Assembly: GCA_002189035.1 (NCBI GenBank)
Contig: NEEC01000004.1
Coordinates: 3,720,001-3,784,000, forward strand
Reading direction: 5' to 3'
Source: Utricularia gibba
Taxonomy: Eukaryota; Plantae; Magnoliophyta
Length of the DNA stretch: 64,000 bases
In this document: in pieces, positions 1-15,204 of the stretch
Numbering within the stretch: the first letter of the stretch is position 1
Layout: each line of letters starts with the position of its first letter
Made by a program: the position numbers and the translations under genes
Notes under the pieces: model-generated
Database searches by the model: none
What the model was told of the DNA's origin: nothing
What the model saw: the letters and a program-made list of their open reading frames with translations, nothing else

Positions 1-69
1 AAATAGAATTGCAATGGCCTACATTTGGATTCTCTGAAGAATCCTACTTATTGTGCATTCAGCGTATCA

Positions 70-1357
70 ATGGCGAGTGTCTACGAGTTGTGTGATTCTA
101 GGTCGAATGGATCCTATTCGTGGTTATGCCTCTCAAACGCCTACGTTGACATATAGGACAAGCTTCCGCAGCATCCCCTAGGGCTTGTTGTTAACAAATT
201 GGACGGCTCTTCTTTTGGTATGGTCCGTTTAAGATACATACAATTATGTACGATGTGACGCTATGGTATTATGGTGACATTTTTGTGTGAAGGGATTGAG
301 GTGGCGACGACGGCAACGATTTCGGAGGTTAAAAGGGCTGTTGAATCGGCGTTTAGCCATTTGCCTCAAAAAGGATCAGAAAAGGTTTCATGGTAATCTC
401 CTCCGTACTTGTGTTTGAAAATCATGCAATTTGCTTTTTTAAATTGATGGTTTCTTTTGTATTTTACTTCTTGAGAACAGGGACCATGTTTGGTCACAGT
501 TTTGTCTGTGTTTCGAGGGGCAGAAATTACTATCTGAAGGTGATTGTATCAGCATGTTTGGCATCCGGGATGGGGATCAGGTGATCATATCATCCAAGCA
601 TAGGAGACCTTGTTCTTTTTTGTTTCATTTTAACGTTGGAAATTCATATTCTTCTGCTTCTTCAGCTGCAGTTTATTCGCCACACCTCGAATTCTGGTGT
701 TTCAACGAAGATAGAAAGAGAGACGGAGGACATTGATTCAGATTTTGAACATTTCACGTGAGTTGTTAAGCTCTCATTTCAGGGATATTCCGTTCTAGCA
801 TCTAATGTTCTCTTTAGAAGATGTTAATTGCCAATCTTATCACTCCATGATGCCAGCATAACTGAATTACATCTATAATATTCCTTCTATAGCCTGTGTC
901 TCTTGTGGGTTGAAAGACTTAAAATTGGGTGGGAATGCTTTGAAGAATGGAGTTTAGTCAGCATGTTCTTGGACTTTTTATATTTTAGTTGACCACTGTG
1001 GTCTTGCCACCTTGTGCAACTGTGGCTACATTAAATATTTTGATGAGTGCATGGTTCATGTGTTTTTATGAAAATGGATCAAAATAAAAGATGATCCCAA
1101 CTCACTTTTGCAGCAAAGGAGACAGGGCTGAATTCGAAATGGATAATCGAGCCAATGATGAAGCAGAATCAGACAAAGACACGGTCTCATGTTGTGCATT
1201 CAAGTTGAACAATTTGTTGATAGGGCGTTCCCATAAAGGGGGATCAGTAGAAAGGAGGAATACTTCACCAAAAAGTCCCCACAGAAAGAGTTGGAGGAAC
1301 ACTCCCAGATTTTCAGGAAGCAGCAAGTTCCAGAGAATGATCTGTAAAGAAGATTGA
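70..1357 (+). CDS. U11/U12 snRNP 25 kDa-like ubiquitin-fold protein (At4g32270-like), multi-exon, with in-frame TAG at 154-156 (possible pseudogene or base error)
   Basis: Spliced translation over GT-AG introns: MASVYELCD...VDI*DKLPQHPLGLVVNKLDGSSF/GIEVATTATISEVKRAVESAFSHLPQKGSEKVSW/DHVWSQFCLCFEGQKLLSEGDCISMFGIRDGDQ/LQFIRH...; last exon ends at the stop of ORF 1091..1357. Confidence 0.75.
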
Positions 1358-2675
1358 GTAAACTACCCCTTGAACGATTCAATCACCTGCTCTCTCGGTA
1401 AATATTACTGTCCCCCACACACTTGTCTGCGGGCATGTCAACACGAGAAAAAGTATTATCATTTGGGAAAGAAAGTGAAAAGCAAAATGATCATTGGAGT
1501 TTGTACAGGTTGACTCGGCTCGACCATCCCTTCACACATTTTTCATAAATACTTCCTTTTTTGTTATTGGATTTTTTTTTCGAAAAAAAGTTAAAAACTG
1601 AATGATGAGATGCCACCATTGAAACTGTATCAGAATCAGATTTAATATTTTTTTAGTATTTATATACATTATGTGTTATTATAAATAAAAAATACTCATA
1701 CGTTATAATTCAAATAAGTTTATGATAGAAAAAAAAATTAAATAAAAATAATGCACAACTAAAGTCTGTTACAAAGTATGTATTCTAATATAGTAATGAG
1801 TAAAGTAGATAAAAAGTATGAATTCGAAGATAGTTTAGGCTTCAGCTTATATATGAGCTTGGGTAGAAAAATATTTCTATTGAAGAACACTATCTTACAC
1901 TTATTTAATTTGATATTTGTAATACAAAAAAAATTAATGATTGAAAAAATGGACCGTTGGATTGCATTTTTTTCCCATGCTCTGATTTGTAGGTTGTTGA
2001 GGCCCATGTCATCTCCAAGAACAAACAATCTAGTTTTCTCACAATTAGGAAAATTAAGAATTCCAAGAAATTTCGTCTCTTTCCTTCAGCTTCAAAATCT
2101 TTATTTTGATTTCGTCTCTTGAATTATTCTAATCTATTTACTTCATGGATAAAAAAATCTTAACTCTAACAAAAAAAATAATTTTGAAAAGATTTCAAAA
2201 TATATCAATTGTTAATTATCAATAATATAAATATTACAAAAATACAGCTTGAGTCACCTGCTAATGGGTTCGACTTGTTAATTAATCCACGGCATATTTT
2301 CTTTAATAATTGGAATATTTTAATTACATAAAAAAGGAAGAGCGAGGGGATGGACTAGGTTCTTTGCTTCCTTTGGTTGGTCAATTCGTTTCTCTGCGAC
2401 CCAATCGGAAGTCCGATTCTCCCCATTTTCATGTCTTCCACGTTTCCCGATGCAGGCGGCGCTCCAATCTCCGTCTTCAACTATGGCGCTTTCTCTTTCC
2501 TTTTCTTCCGCGGCTTCTTTTCAACCTTTCCCCGTACGATTCCTTTCTGATTACTCTTGATTTCTCTGTTCTGTTGTTATGCTTTGCGTGCATTGTTTAT
2601 CTCGTACTTTGACGAGTTTCAACTCCTTGACGTAGGCGTGGTTCTGAGATAATAGAGGCGACCTGAATTTCTTAA

Positions 2676-4925
2676 ATGATTGAGTTTGTTGCTTTGAAAT
2701 GTTGTGCGCAGCTAAGTTGTTGCAGTACTGAGCGGAAATTACTGTCTCTGAGGCCGCGTGGAAAGAAGCATCGTTGTCTGTGTATAAATAGCTTGAGAGT
2801 TAGTGATAATGGGGCTATCGAGCCAGCGAGGAGGCATCTGGAGAGGTTGTTTGCGCAAACGCAAAAGCTTGAGGAGCGGATTAGGAGAGATCCTCGCTCA
2901 CCGGACGCTGTGGAGCTGATTGTGAATCTTGATGAGCTTGAATCGGATCTTCATGCTGCGTTTTCAGCATTAAAGCAGAAGGAAGAGGATCTACAGGATG
3001 CGGAGAAGAGGATGAGATTGGAATACGATGAGATCAGTCGTGTTCGGAGAGATTTGGAGCGACGAGAGGAAGAAATGGTGTCATCTTCTAGGGAGCAGAA
3101 GAAACTGGAAGAGGAGTTGAGACGGGCGAATGAGGATTTGGCTTCTCAAGCGGCTGAGATTAGTGATCTTAAACTTGAATTGAGCAAGAGGGGTGAGGAG
3201 ATTTCAGCTTCTCAATTAGCACTTTTGGATAAACAAGAGGAGATTGTGAAAATGAAGCTTGAGTTGGGTAGAAAGAACGAAGAAGCAGTTAAAGCTGAAG
3301 CAGAGCTTAGTTCCAGGGCTAGACTTCTGGATGAAGCTAATAAGGTTGTAAACAGGCAAGAAGCTGAGCTTGAACAGCTTAAAACCGTACTTCAAAAGAA
3401 AGAGGAGGAACTACAGCGTTCAATCTGCTTACAGAAAACCGAATCCAAGAAGTTAGATGCTGCTGAAGAGAGTTTGAGGAAGCAGACAGCCAACTGGCTG
3501 ATGGTACAAACAGAATTGAAGACGCTACGCAGTGAAAGCTCAAAGAATGCTGAGCAAGCAAGGAAGAATTCAGAAGAGTTTCAAAGGGTAAGCAAACTTC
3601 TCGCAGACATGAGATCAGAGTTAGTTTCATCTCAGAAGGAATTGGCATCCGCCAGAAAGAAGTTGGAAGGTCAAAATCAGCTGTTAGAAGAGCAGCTAAA
3701 GGAACTTTCAGATCAAAAGAGCAGCGTTATGTCTTATATGATGAATCTCAGAGATGCCTTGCTAGAAGTGGAGACTGAGAGAGAGAAACTAAATGCTGCT
3801 GAAGTTCAAAATAGGGTACTGGAAAACAAACTACACATTGAAAAAGAGCTTGTGTGTGGTTTGCAAAAGGAATTAGACGAGGAAAGAATGTCTCTGAATC
3901 GTGCAACTAAGAGAACTTTTGAACTCCAGGTAGAGATCGAGAAGAAGAGTGCGATCTTTGAGGAGAAGCAGATGCTTCTCAAGTCGAAGGAAACAGAGTT
4001 GCTGGAAGCAAGGCTGGAGATTGAGCGGTTGAAGTCTGGGCAATCTTCTCTTCGACTTATGCTGCAGGAGAAAGACTTGGAGCTCGCAAATGCGAATGCC
4101 ATAGTGGGAAAACTAAATAAAGAGATCATGGAGCTAAAAGAGATACTTTCCAAGACAGAAAATGAGCTCATCCAAGCTCTATCGACACTGAAAGTGCAAA
4201 ACGAACATTTTCAAACAATGCAGCATCAGATCAGCAGTACAAAAATGAAATTTGCAGAAGCTGAGACGGTAGTATGCAAGATAATAGATCTCACAAGAGA
4301 CGTGCTTTTATCAATCAATGATTCTGGTCCCCAAGCAGATGATCATACTATTGGCCATTTCCAGTCTCTACTGCAAAACTCTTCAGCAGAAGAGTTCAGG
4401 CAGCATAAAATGGAGCTGGAATCAGAACTTGAGTTCACCAAAGAAGCCCTTAAATCAAAGGAGTTTGAAGCTATGGAGACCAAAAAGCATCTCAACATGA
4501 AAGAAGATGAGTTGAAGACGATAAGGCAGGATTTGCATGCCAAGGAAGAGGAAATAACAAGGATGAAAGATGAATTAGTACACGATAAACATGATCGTGA
4601 GCGCCTCCTTGCCTTGTATCAGCAAAAGATTGGTGAGAAGAGCCTCGGAGAAATTACAACTGAGAAGCTCCAACTCGAAGCAGCTATGCTGGAGGCCGAA
4701 GCCGCCACAAGCGCACTGCAGAAGATAACAGAGATGAGCCGCATGCTCGCTGTCAAAGCTGGTTCCAAGGCAGAGACACATCATGCTGCCGACTTCTTCC
4801 CGGAGTTGGTTATCGAGGAAGGCCCCGAACAAGTCACCACGGAGATTTCACGGCTCCTGAGGCTGACGGAGCAGCTTCTTGCGGAGAGTGGAACCAGTGG
4901 CTCCATGAAGGTAGACAACGTATAG
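2676..4925 (+). CDS. PII1: Long coiled-coil plastid protein, PROTEIN INVOLVED IN STARCH INITIATION 1 / MYOSIN-RESEMBLING CHLOROPLAST protein (At4g32190-like)
   Basis: Single 749-aa ORF with a transit-peptide-like N-terminus, EPARRHLERLFAQTQKLEE and C-terminal EKLQLEAAMLEAEAATSALQK motifs as recalled for this family, and heptad-rich body. Neighbours resemble At4g32250 and At4g32270. Confidence 0.85.
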   Translation: MIEFVALKCCAQLSCCSTERKLLSLRPRGKKHRCLCINSLRVSDNGAIEPARRHLERLFAQTQKLEERIRRDPRSPDAVELIVNLDELESDLHAAFSALKQKEEDLQDAEKRMRLEYDEISRVRRDLERREEEMVSSSREQKKLEEELRRANEDLASQAAEISDLKLELSKRGEEISASQLALLDKQEEIVKMKLELGRKNEEAVKAEAELSSRARLLDEANKVVNRQEAELEQLKTVLQKKEEELQRSICLQKTESKKLDAAEESLRKQTANWLMVQTELKTLRSESSKNAEQARKNSEEFQRVSKLLADMRSELVSSQKELASARKKLEGQNQLLEEQLKELSDQKSSVMSYMMNLRDALLEVETEREKLNAAEVQNRVLENKLHIEKELVCGLQKELDEERMSLNRATKRTFELQVEIEKKSAIFEEKQMLLKSKETELLEARLEIERLKSGQSSLRLMLQEKDLELANANAIVGKLNKEIMELKEILSKTENELIQALSTLKVQNEHFQTMQHQISSTKMKFAEAETVVCKIIDLTRDVLLSINDSGPQADDHTIGHFQSLLQNSSAEEFRQHKMELESELEFTKEALKSKEFEAMETKKHLNMKEDELKTIRQDLHAKEEEITRMKDELVHDKHDRERLLALYQQKIGEKSLGEITTEKLQLEAAMLEAEAATSALQKITEMSRMLAVKAGSKAETHHAADFFPELVIEEGPEQVTTEISRLLRLTEQLLAESGTSGSMKVDNV

Positions 4926-5744
4926 AGGTGTTGACAGAGGGGCGTGCCTGCTGCAGTGATGGGGAAGATGATGAAGTTCAGAATCTGTATTTAGCGAATT
5001 CCGATGGTAAACAACCTGAAATGCTGCAACATAACCCAAGACGAGAGAGTCATTCTGAGGACGCCACCCAGCAGTGCCTCCCGATCTTGAAATGTGCAGC
5101 ATATCCATCTAATCTCAGTACAGCGACAAGTGCTGAGCCTACCTAATGTTGTGTATAACCTACTACTAATCTTTCATATTTCCTTAAAAAAATATCCATC
5201 CTCACTCCTAAGAAAAGTTAAATCTTCTTTAATGTTTAATGTATATATGTTAAAGTATAATCTGTTAATCAATTTAGTTTTTACAAATCAATGAATTTCA
5301 ATAAATTAAAAGAATTATAAATATCTTAAAAAATAAAAAATATATATGAACTTGATTATACCCAAAATTTAATTTTATAAGATAGCAACAATTAGGCTTT
5401 TTTTATTGAATTGTACTAAATATTAGATTTATTTCATAGCAATTTGACTTCTCCGAGTTGTTAGGAGTAAAAAAAAATGAATTTAAAATTAATATTCAAT
5501 TTAAGAAGAATAAAATTTTATGTAAATTAATTCATCTTACGACTTTTTAGTTTTATTTTTTAGGGACCAAAATTTTTTGAGTTCTTTTTATAGTTCTTTT
5601 TTTCCCTCTCAACGGCTCATTTGAGTTGTTTTGGAAGAGTAGGGAGCGGGCAATACGGTAACCCGACATACAAATCATCATTTTGTATTTACACAGCGTT
5701 GCTTAAACACACGGTTCCACGTACACTGAACATCCACTTAACCG

Positions 5745-7922
5745 TCACCCGAAAATGTTGGTAATATTTGGGGGACGCCACACAGCAACAGCACCGCCAC
5801 TGGGAGAGATGTGCGCAACATCTTGGACCTTGGTATTAGCCTTGGGACCCCTTCTGCCTCTCCCGATCAACTTGATCACCGCAAACAGACCCAGGGCGGC
5901 GAGCAGGGGTCTGATGCCCCAGTGGAAATCCTCAAGATGCTGGTACTTGTTCAGAATGCTGGGGCAAGTGCTGAAGGACACAGGCTCCACTTCAGCTGGA
6001 TCGCCAAAGAAGATGCTGTCGTGGCCAAGTGCTGGTATTCCGGGGAACTTCACCACCAGGCATCCATTGGGTAGAACTTGGTGTATTCTACCTGTCGCCC
6101 ACTCTCCGCCTCTTTTCCGGGGCCACTCGAACAGGGGACTGAAAACGGTTGGCTTCAGTTTCACAAACTGTCCCACGGAGTATGGTTTTGCCATGTGGAA
6201 CTCAGTGTGGTCTCCTCTTCTAAGAGTCTCCAGGCCTATGCATGCCACACTTACAGCTCCATCACGGTCGATGGAGTGAATGATCCCCACAGGTGAATGT
6301 TTTTTTTCGTCGTTCTTGAGACGAACCCAGTCTCCTGCAGCCAGCCCGTTTGTGATTCGCTCTAGTGTGGATGCATTTACTCTTACAGGGTCATGTACCC
6401 CCAGAACCCTCACCAGAACAAAATCAGTGTCGTGTTCAAAACCAACCACAGTTCCCTCAGGTATATCCAAATGGTCAACATCACCGGGATTTTGGGATTT
6501 CCTGGATCGAACCGTATCACCAACTTGCAAAGGGTCCTTGGCGAGGAGCCACTCCCGGTGACCAGCAATCTCCCTGATCATTTTACTTCCAATTCCAGTC
6601 CAGATATCCTTGGGAAATTCATTCTGTGAGCTGCTGGCAAAGCAAAACTCAGAAAAAAAAAAAACAAAGCGTACAACAGGGAAAAAAATGAAGCAGAAGC
6701 CAAGCTTTCAAGCACATGGTACAAGCCAAATGCAACCAGGGAAAAAAAAATTTCATTCACATTTGTATTTTTTCTTTAAGCACAAGTTGAATACCTCTGA
6801 AAAGCATGTAGAATATCTTCCATCAAAGGTCGATTCCTTAGGTCATACTCAAAGCAGCCAATGATAACATTCTCAACAGCTGGAGGGAGCCCACCTGGGA
6901 TGTGAGGCTTTTCTCCCTTCAACACAACCAGTTTGTGAATTTCTTCAATACTTTTGCCTCTCCAAGGTTGTATTCCAGTTAACATCTCCAGTATACTGCA
7001 GGCGAATCCCCAAGAATCAGTCTCAACAGATAATGGGCCTCTCACTTCTGGCTGCCATTGCTCTGGAGCCATGTAGTTAGGAGTACCAAAGTGCCTAATT
7101 ATGTCTGGACTGGAAATGGGAGTTCCTAATAACATAAATGGAATGCCAAAATCCCCAATGACTGCTTCGTCGTCACTAGTTAGAAGAAAGTTAGATGGCT
7201 TAAGATTGAGAATAAGAATCTCCTTTGCATGTAGATCTATTATTCCTTGTGCAAGAGATATGCCATATCTGCGCAACAGAATAAAAAGTTAGAAAGAGAA
7301 AACCTTGAAAAACTCTTTAGTATAACTCCACCACAAAACCAGGAATGGATCACCTTAATACATCACTCGGTGAAAGCTTCCCCCCTGTCAAACGGGCAAT
7401 TTTATCTCCAAGTGAACCCTCATAAAATTTCATAACAATGCACACCTACAAGTTCAAAATGAAAAGAGCTCTCAGAAGTTTCGTTCTTATTCTTATACTG
7501 GAAAACAAACAAAAACATTATGATCAGATATCATAAAGGCTCAAGGCAACACTAACCTTTTTACTGATGACTGAAAGTCCATGAAGCCAACACACCTTTT
7601 CTAAACCTCTACATTTGTCAACTACCTTATCCAGCTTATCTAAAACATCTCTGACGGCATCTTCATTAATAGGATGCAAAATTTTTATAGCAACTTCATG
7701 ATACTCGTCATAATCTTTTGATGCAGAATGATGGGTTGCAAGCCACATATCACCAAAAGGGCCTCTTCCAATTCGATGTCTGAGCTTGATCGTTGAAGGA
7801 TCGATCCAAAGGCTGATCTGATTTGATGATGCAATGAATGCATCACCATCAGCAGAGTCCCCATCAACAAGGACATAATCAAACGAAGAGGCAGGCCTAC
7901 TGGAAACACCCTGTCCAGCCAT
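5745..7922 (-). CDS. KEG-like protein kinase with C-terminal HERC2/SH3-like repeats (At4g32250-like), 4 coding exons
   Basis: Motifs RHRIGRGPFGDMWLATHH, VCIVMKFYEGSLGDK, LNLKPSNFLL, GDFG, GTPNYMAPEQW, LAAGDWVRLK, KYQHLEDFHWGIRPLL. GT-AG introns join ORFs 7524..7946, 6776..7276 and 5745..6581. Confidence 0.92.
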
Positions 7923-9075
7923 TTCCCTAAAAATCTCAATGTACACTCATCAATTGAATAAATGTGCAAAGGATAGTGAATAAACACTGAGCTACTAAGC
8001 CCAGATAACCTGGTCTCAGTGGATTAGTCCTTCAAACACAGGGGAGAGATATACTGTTAACAATTTCACAGATCAATTGCAAGACGATTGATACGTATGG
8101 TGAGATCATAAAAAGAAGAAAACTTTTTTTTTTTCAAATAAACACAAATCGGAAAATAACACATGATGTGCTTCCGCAAATCAGCAAAAACCTTATAAAG
8201 GGTACCTGGATTGAGTCCGGAAACAGTGTATAACAAATTAAGAATCAGTGATTTCGACGAATTATAGACTATCGGTGGGAAGAATGAGAGGAATGGAGAT
8301 GCGTGGCACTGCTGCTGTGAGTTGTATGTCACCGTGGGGAGGGAGAAGAATGCAACGGAGGACGAAAACTTTGTGTGGTGCGTGTTGAGTTCGTGGCGTG
8401 AGCCGCCATGTTTGTTGTCGAGAAATCTTCTGCCAAAAACTTGTATTTATCTAAAAATGTGGTGAAGGATTTTTTAAAACTAATATAAAATTTGGAAAAC
8501 AAAAGAAAGAAAGAAAGAAATAATAATAAATAAAATAGTGTCATTAAGTTTGGAAAATGTTCTTTCTACCCACTGAGTTTAGGAATTTAGGAGATAACAT
8601 AAAACATTGGAACATAAAAAACTTCCGAAACACCAAACATTTTTATCGTTACTTAATATTGCAAATATCGATATTGAATTATCAATTAAAAGAGACAATA
8701 TATATAATTAAAATAGAAAACAAAATGTATTTCTTGAGGATTTTCCCATTCTAAATCACATCTATCAAAACTCAATTTTTATCAAATTCGCTGATATTTT
8801 TTATTATTAATAAAATACATGTGTTTGATTATTTTCTTGTTAAAATACTTGTTCTTTTTCCATTTTTTTATATGAATATGTTGTTATTAAAATATTTTTA
8901 ATTTTTTTAAAATTGAAAACAAGTTTGAAACATTTACAATTTATTTTTTTATATTTAATCCATACAAATTCAGAAAATTTCACCAAATATTATAATTACA
9001 TATTTCATATATGATAACTAATTTCGTATTATTTATACTCGTACTTTTTATGATTTTATTAGGTCAATTTTGCAA

Positions 9076-9680
9076 TAGAGATGGACACGAATCTGACTCA
9101 TACGAATTCGAACTGAGTCAAATAAGTAAAAGGCGTGCAAGTGGACTTGTCAAGTTTAACCTACCACCAGTTGATACTTGACTCAGCTTATGTACGAGTC
9201 ATTAAACAATAGAAGTAAAATCAATTAATGAAATAAAAATACTTGATAAAACAAAAGAAAAATTATACACAATATATATTTATGCAAATATCCTAGCAAA
9301 GTTGATTTGTGATTGTTCGAAAGTCTAAGAAGCTTCTTCAACATCACCAACATATTCATCATCTATTTCATGGACATGAAGGTTCGACGATTCAATCATC
9401 TACAAAGATTATACATAAACAAAAATATAAAAAATTGAGATAAAAAGTTACAAGTGGTGAAAAATAATAAAATGAAAGAAAAAATCGAATTGATAAAAAT
9501 AAAAATAATGAATCATTACATTGATCCAAAATATTTTTTATTATAAAAATTGAATTGATTTGATGAGTAGACTCATACTCATGAACGTAGATTCGACTTA
9601 TACTCATTTTCACATGAGTCAACCCGCTACAAGTTAACTCGTTGGGTTGATGAGTTGATGCGTACTTGTGCCCACCACTA
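9076..9680. mobile_element. hAT-type MITE (non-autonomous)
   Basis: Imperfect terminal inverted repeats (TAGAGATGGACAC vs reverse-complement TAGTGGTGGGCAC, 10/13). 8-bp TSD TTTTGCAA (9068-9075) / TTTTGCAT (9681-9688). Subterminal GACTC/GAGTC motifs and an AT-rich core. Confidence 0.7.
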
Positions 9681-10594
9681 TTTTGCATCTCTTTTATTTT
9701 GATTTTTCTATATTTTTAAATGAATTTTATATCTATTATGATACTTTGATACTTTTTTGAGGAAAGAGTATTTTATAATTTTTGATGCAAAAGTTTGACA
9801 AAGAATTTCCTTAGGAAATGCTTCCCTAAAAGTAAGTTTGGAGAATTTAAATATATTCCTTGAAAAGCATAATGTGTAAAACTTTTGAAAAAGTTTTTTT
9901 ATTATGTAATTTCAAAAGTATTTTCAATTATGTTTTGAAAAAAATGACTTTTACTTATACAAAAGTAAAAGTAAACTATACAAATTTTATAGAACAATTC
10001 TTTAAATTCATTTCATGTCGTTTTTCCATCAATTTTGTATATTAGAGTCAAACATGTGTGTGTAGTTATTTAAAATTAAAGATTTACAATGAAATGTTAC
10101 TTGTGCAAGTTATGTATATATGATTGTTTTATCATATTCTTTAACATTTAACTTGAGATTTAATTTTATTTTTTTTCAATGTTTTATTTACCAATGCATA
10201 AGTAATACAGTAAAACTTTTCAAAATTATGGCACCCGTTTAAGTTGATTGGTTTTAGGCTATAGTTGTTCCTTCAAAAAATGAATGATTTAAAAATTAGG
10301 TAAAATGTATGCGAAAAAATATTTATTTTTAATATTAATTTATTTATTTTAATGCATAAAAATATATGACTAAATTTGTAAATGATTCAGAAAATATTAA
10401 CATTAGAATTCGATGAGTACTCACAAATGTACTTGGGCAATTCTGTGTTGGCCCAATAAATTTCGTACCACGACGAAAGCGTTACCTGCCTTTTTTTTTG
10501 GGACTTGCGATCTGGATAAACTGGATTTCACGAAGCCCTAATTTCACCTTTCTTGGCATTTCCTCCGCGTAGATTTGACTTCATTTTTCCGATT

Positions 10595-13349
<2,755 letters not shown>

Positions 13350-13878
13350 ATTTTTTCATTGATCTGCAGCAGTTGCCAGTGAGCCACAAAGATACTCACA
13401 CAACACCATTAGCACATTTCATAAATGTGCATGGATCAAGTCAAGTTGGCAGTATGTGCAACTCCTCACCCAATATATCCTCCTAATGATCACGAACCAG
13501 GAGTTCCAAGTTCATCAATCCTAGGCGTGTTACCAACGCAGTCGGGTTGTCTAATGTAATCTGGCATGTCACCCTTCGTTTTTCTTGCTTGGTTTTTTAT
13601 TTCATGTGTCACTGAAAATGATTTCTAGGTATTGTATGCTACTTTGCTTGCTTACTTTGATGTGTGCGAGTAATGTCTTCTGACTAATTATTTGTTGTAT
13701 TTCTGATTTGAAGTTCAGGATTTTTGCAACAAAATAGTGGAACAGATGATGAAATACCAACCAAACATTTTTCCAAATTTGTTCCCAAAAAAATAGACCT
13801 CTTCTAGTTTTTGAAAAAGCTAGTCAAAATGGTGGAACAGATGATTATCTCAATGCAAAAAAGAATCTTTTGAAATGT

Positions 13879-14162
13879 TGTTGGGCCAATACTTGAATCG
13901 AGGCCCTTCCCAAGAATTGTGATTCGTCTCCTGAAATTTGTGTTATTAGTAGTGTCGCACGAATCCCACATCGGAAGCACTAACATCATGGGAAAGTCCA
14001 TCATCTATAAAATGGGGAAAAACTTCGGAAGACAATCAAGCAGCCGCGAGATAAGCACAGAGCGAACTATTCTTTCGCCTTTTACTAAAGAATACCGTGT
14101 GCTTGTCTCACTACGCGGCATACTCTTATTTTTGGAAGGTTCTCGGTCACGAGGACTCAACA
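13879..14162 (+). mobile_element. Short solo LTR (probably copia)
   Basis: TGTTGG...TCAACA termini, near-TSD AATGT/AATCT, internal TCCCACATCGG motif typical of many copia LTRs, and a CTATAAAAT TATA-like box. Confidence 0.65.
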
Positions 14163-14243
14163 AATCTAGTTCAACTGTTTATTGTTAAAACGGATTATTT
14201 CATTCAAGTTGACATGTTCAATGTGACGGAGAAAGCGCAAAAT

Positions 14244-14867
14244 TCATAGGCCGTGGAAGTTGTCCGACCCCCGTGGCTGGTTCAAAAGTACAACGGCACC
14301 AAAGTCAGGGCTTCTCATAGCCTCCGGCGGAGTCCGAAAAGAAATGGGAGTCGTCTGCGCAAGCCTCAAATCATCCGCCCGCAACAACAAATTTTTCACT
14401 AACTCCTCCATTGCGGCGGCAAACTGCTCCAATTCCTCCAATTTTAGTTCGTCGACGATCACATTATTCCACCAATCACCCCCTCGGTGCCCTTGCCCTC
14501 TCTTCACCTCCTCAATTCCCTGCATGCGCTTCTTCTCCATCTCCAATTCCTTACAAATATCAGAGTAATGGTGTTTGAATTCCGGCATCGTCGCCGGAGG
14601 AGTGTTGCTCATCTCCAGAGCGCTGCCGTTGAGGAATCGCTCGACAACGGCTTCCGGCGTCGGATGACCAAAGGTGAAAACATGCTTGCCGAACGAATGT
14701 ACGATTATCGCGACCTCAGCGCCGCTGAGAATGCAGAGCTCGCTCGCTTTCTTGAACAAGCCACCGCGACGCTTCGAGAAAGTCACTTGACGGCTACTCA
14801 GGTTCTCGATTTTCTTGATCTCGATCTTCTTCCGGCCCTGAGTCATCTTGATTCTCGCACCGCTCAT
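14244..14867 (-). CDS. Type I M-alpha MADS-box transcription factor (AGL62-like), intronless
   Basis: GRKKIEIKKIENLSSRQVTFSKRRGGLFKKASELCILSGAEVAIIVHSFGKHVFTFGHPT MADS domain plus WWNNVIVDELKLEELEQF motif; no K-box and no introns. Confidence 0.93.
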   Translation of the reverse strand: MSGARIKMTQGRKKIEIKKIENLSSRQVTFSKRRGGLFKKASELCILSGAEVAIIVHSFGKHVFTFGHPTPEAVVERFLNGSALEMSNTPPATMPEFKHHYSDICKELEMEKKRMQGIEEVKRGQGHRGGDWWNNVIVDELKLEELEQFAAAMEELVKNLLLRADDLRLAQTTPISFRTPPEAMRSPDFGAVVLLNQPRGSDNFHGL

Positions 14868-15204
14868 CGTCGCCACGGTTTTTGATGGAGGGAGAATTAC
14901 AAGGCGCAATATAAGAAAATACCGGATGCGTTATTTTGGTAATAAAATATATTCCTATTCATAAACAATCTAATTAAATACGGTAGATTGTTTTTGGATA
15001 CTATTCACACACAGAATTTCTACTTTTTTATTTTTTAAAATGAAATTTTAATTATTTTACTTACTATTAATATTGACTAAAATGACCACTCCCAAAAGAG
15101 CAGGGACGGCGTCGTTTCAGGTTGAACCCTCTCCAAAACCCTCCCAAATCTGGATCACTTGCATCGGAATTCGGAAGTATACTTCGGAAGCGAAGCAGCC
15201 AAAG

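Noticed and set aside
4928-5146. 72-aa ORF immediately after the PII1 stop
   Set aside because: Non-ATG start, no motif; best explained as 3' UTR.
7185-7230. Kinase catalytic loop lacks HRD (ILNLKPSN)
   Set aside because: As I recall, KEG and At4g32250-type kinases share this Asn-type loop, so it is a family trait and not new here.
14260-14885. Plus-strand ORFs of 102 and 132 aa overlapping the MADS gene
   Set aside because: Antisense shadows of a GC-rich coding sequence with no recognisable domain.
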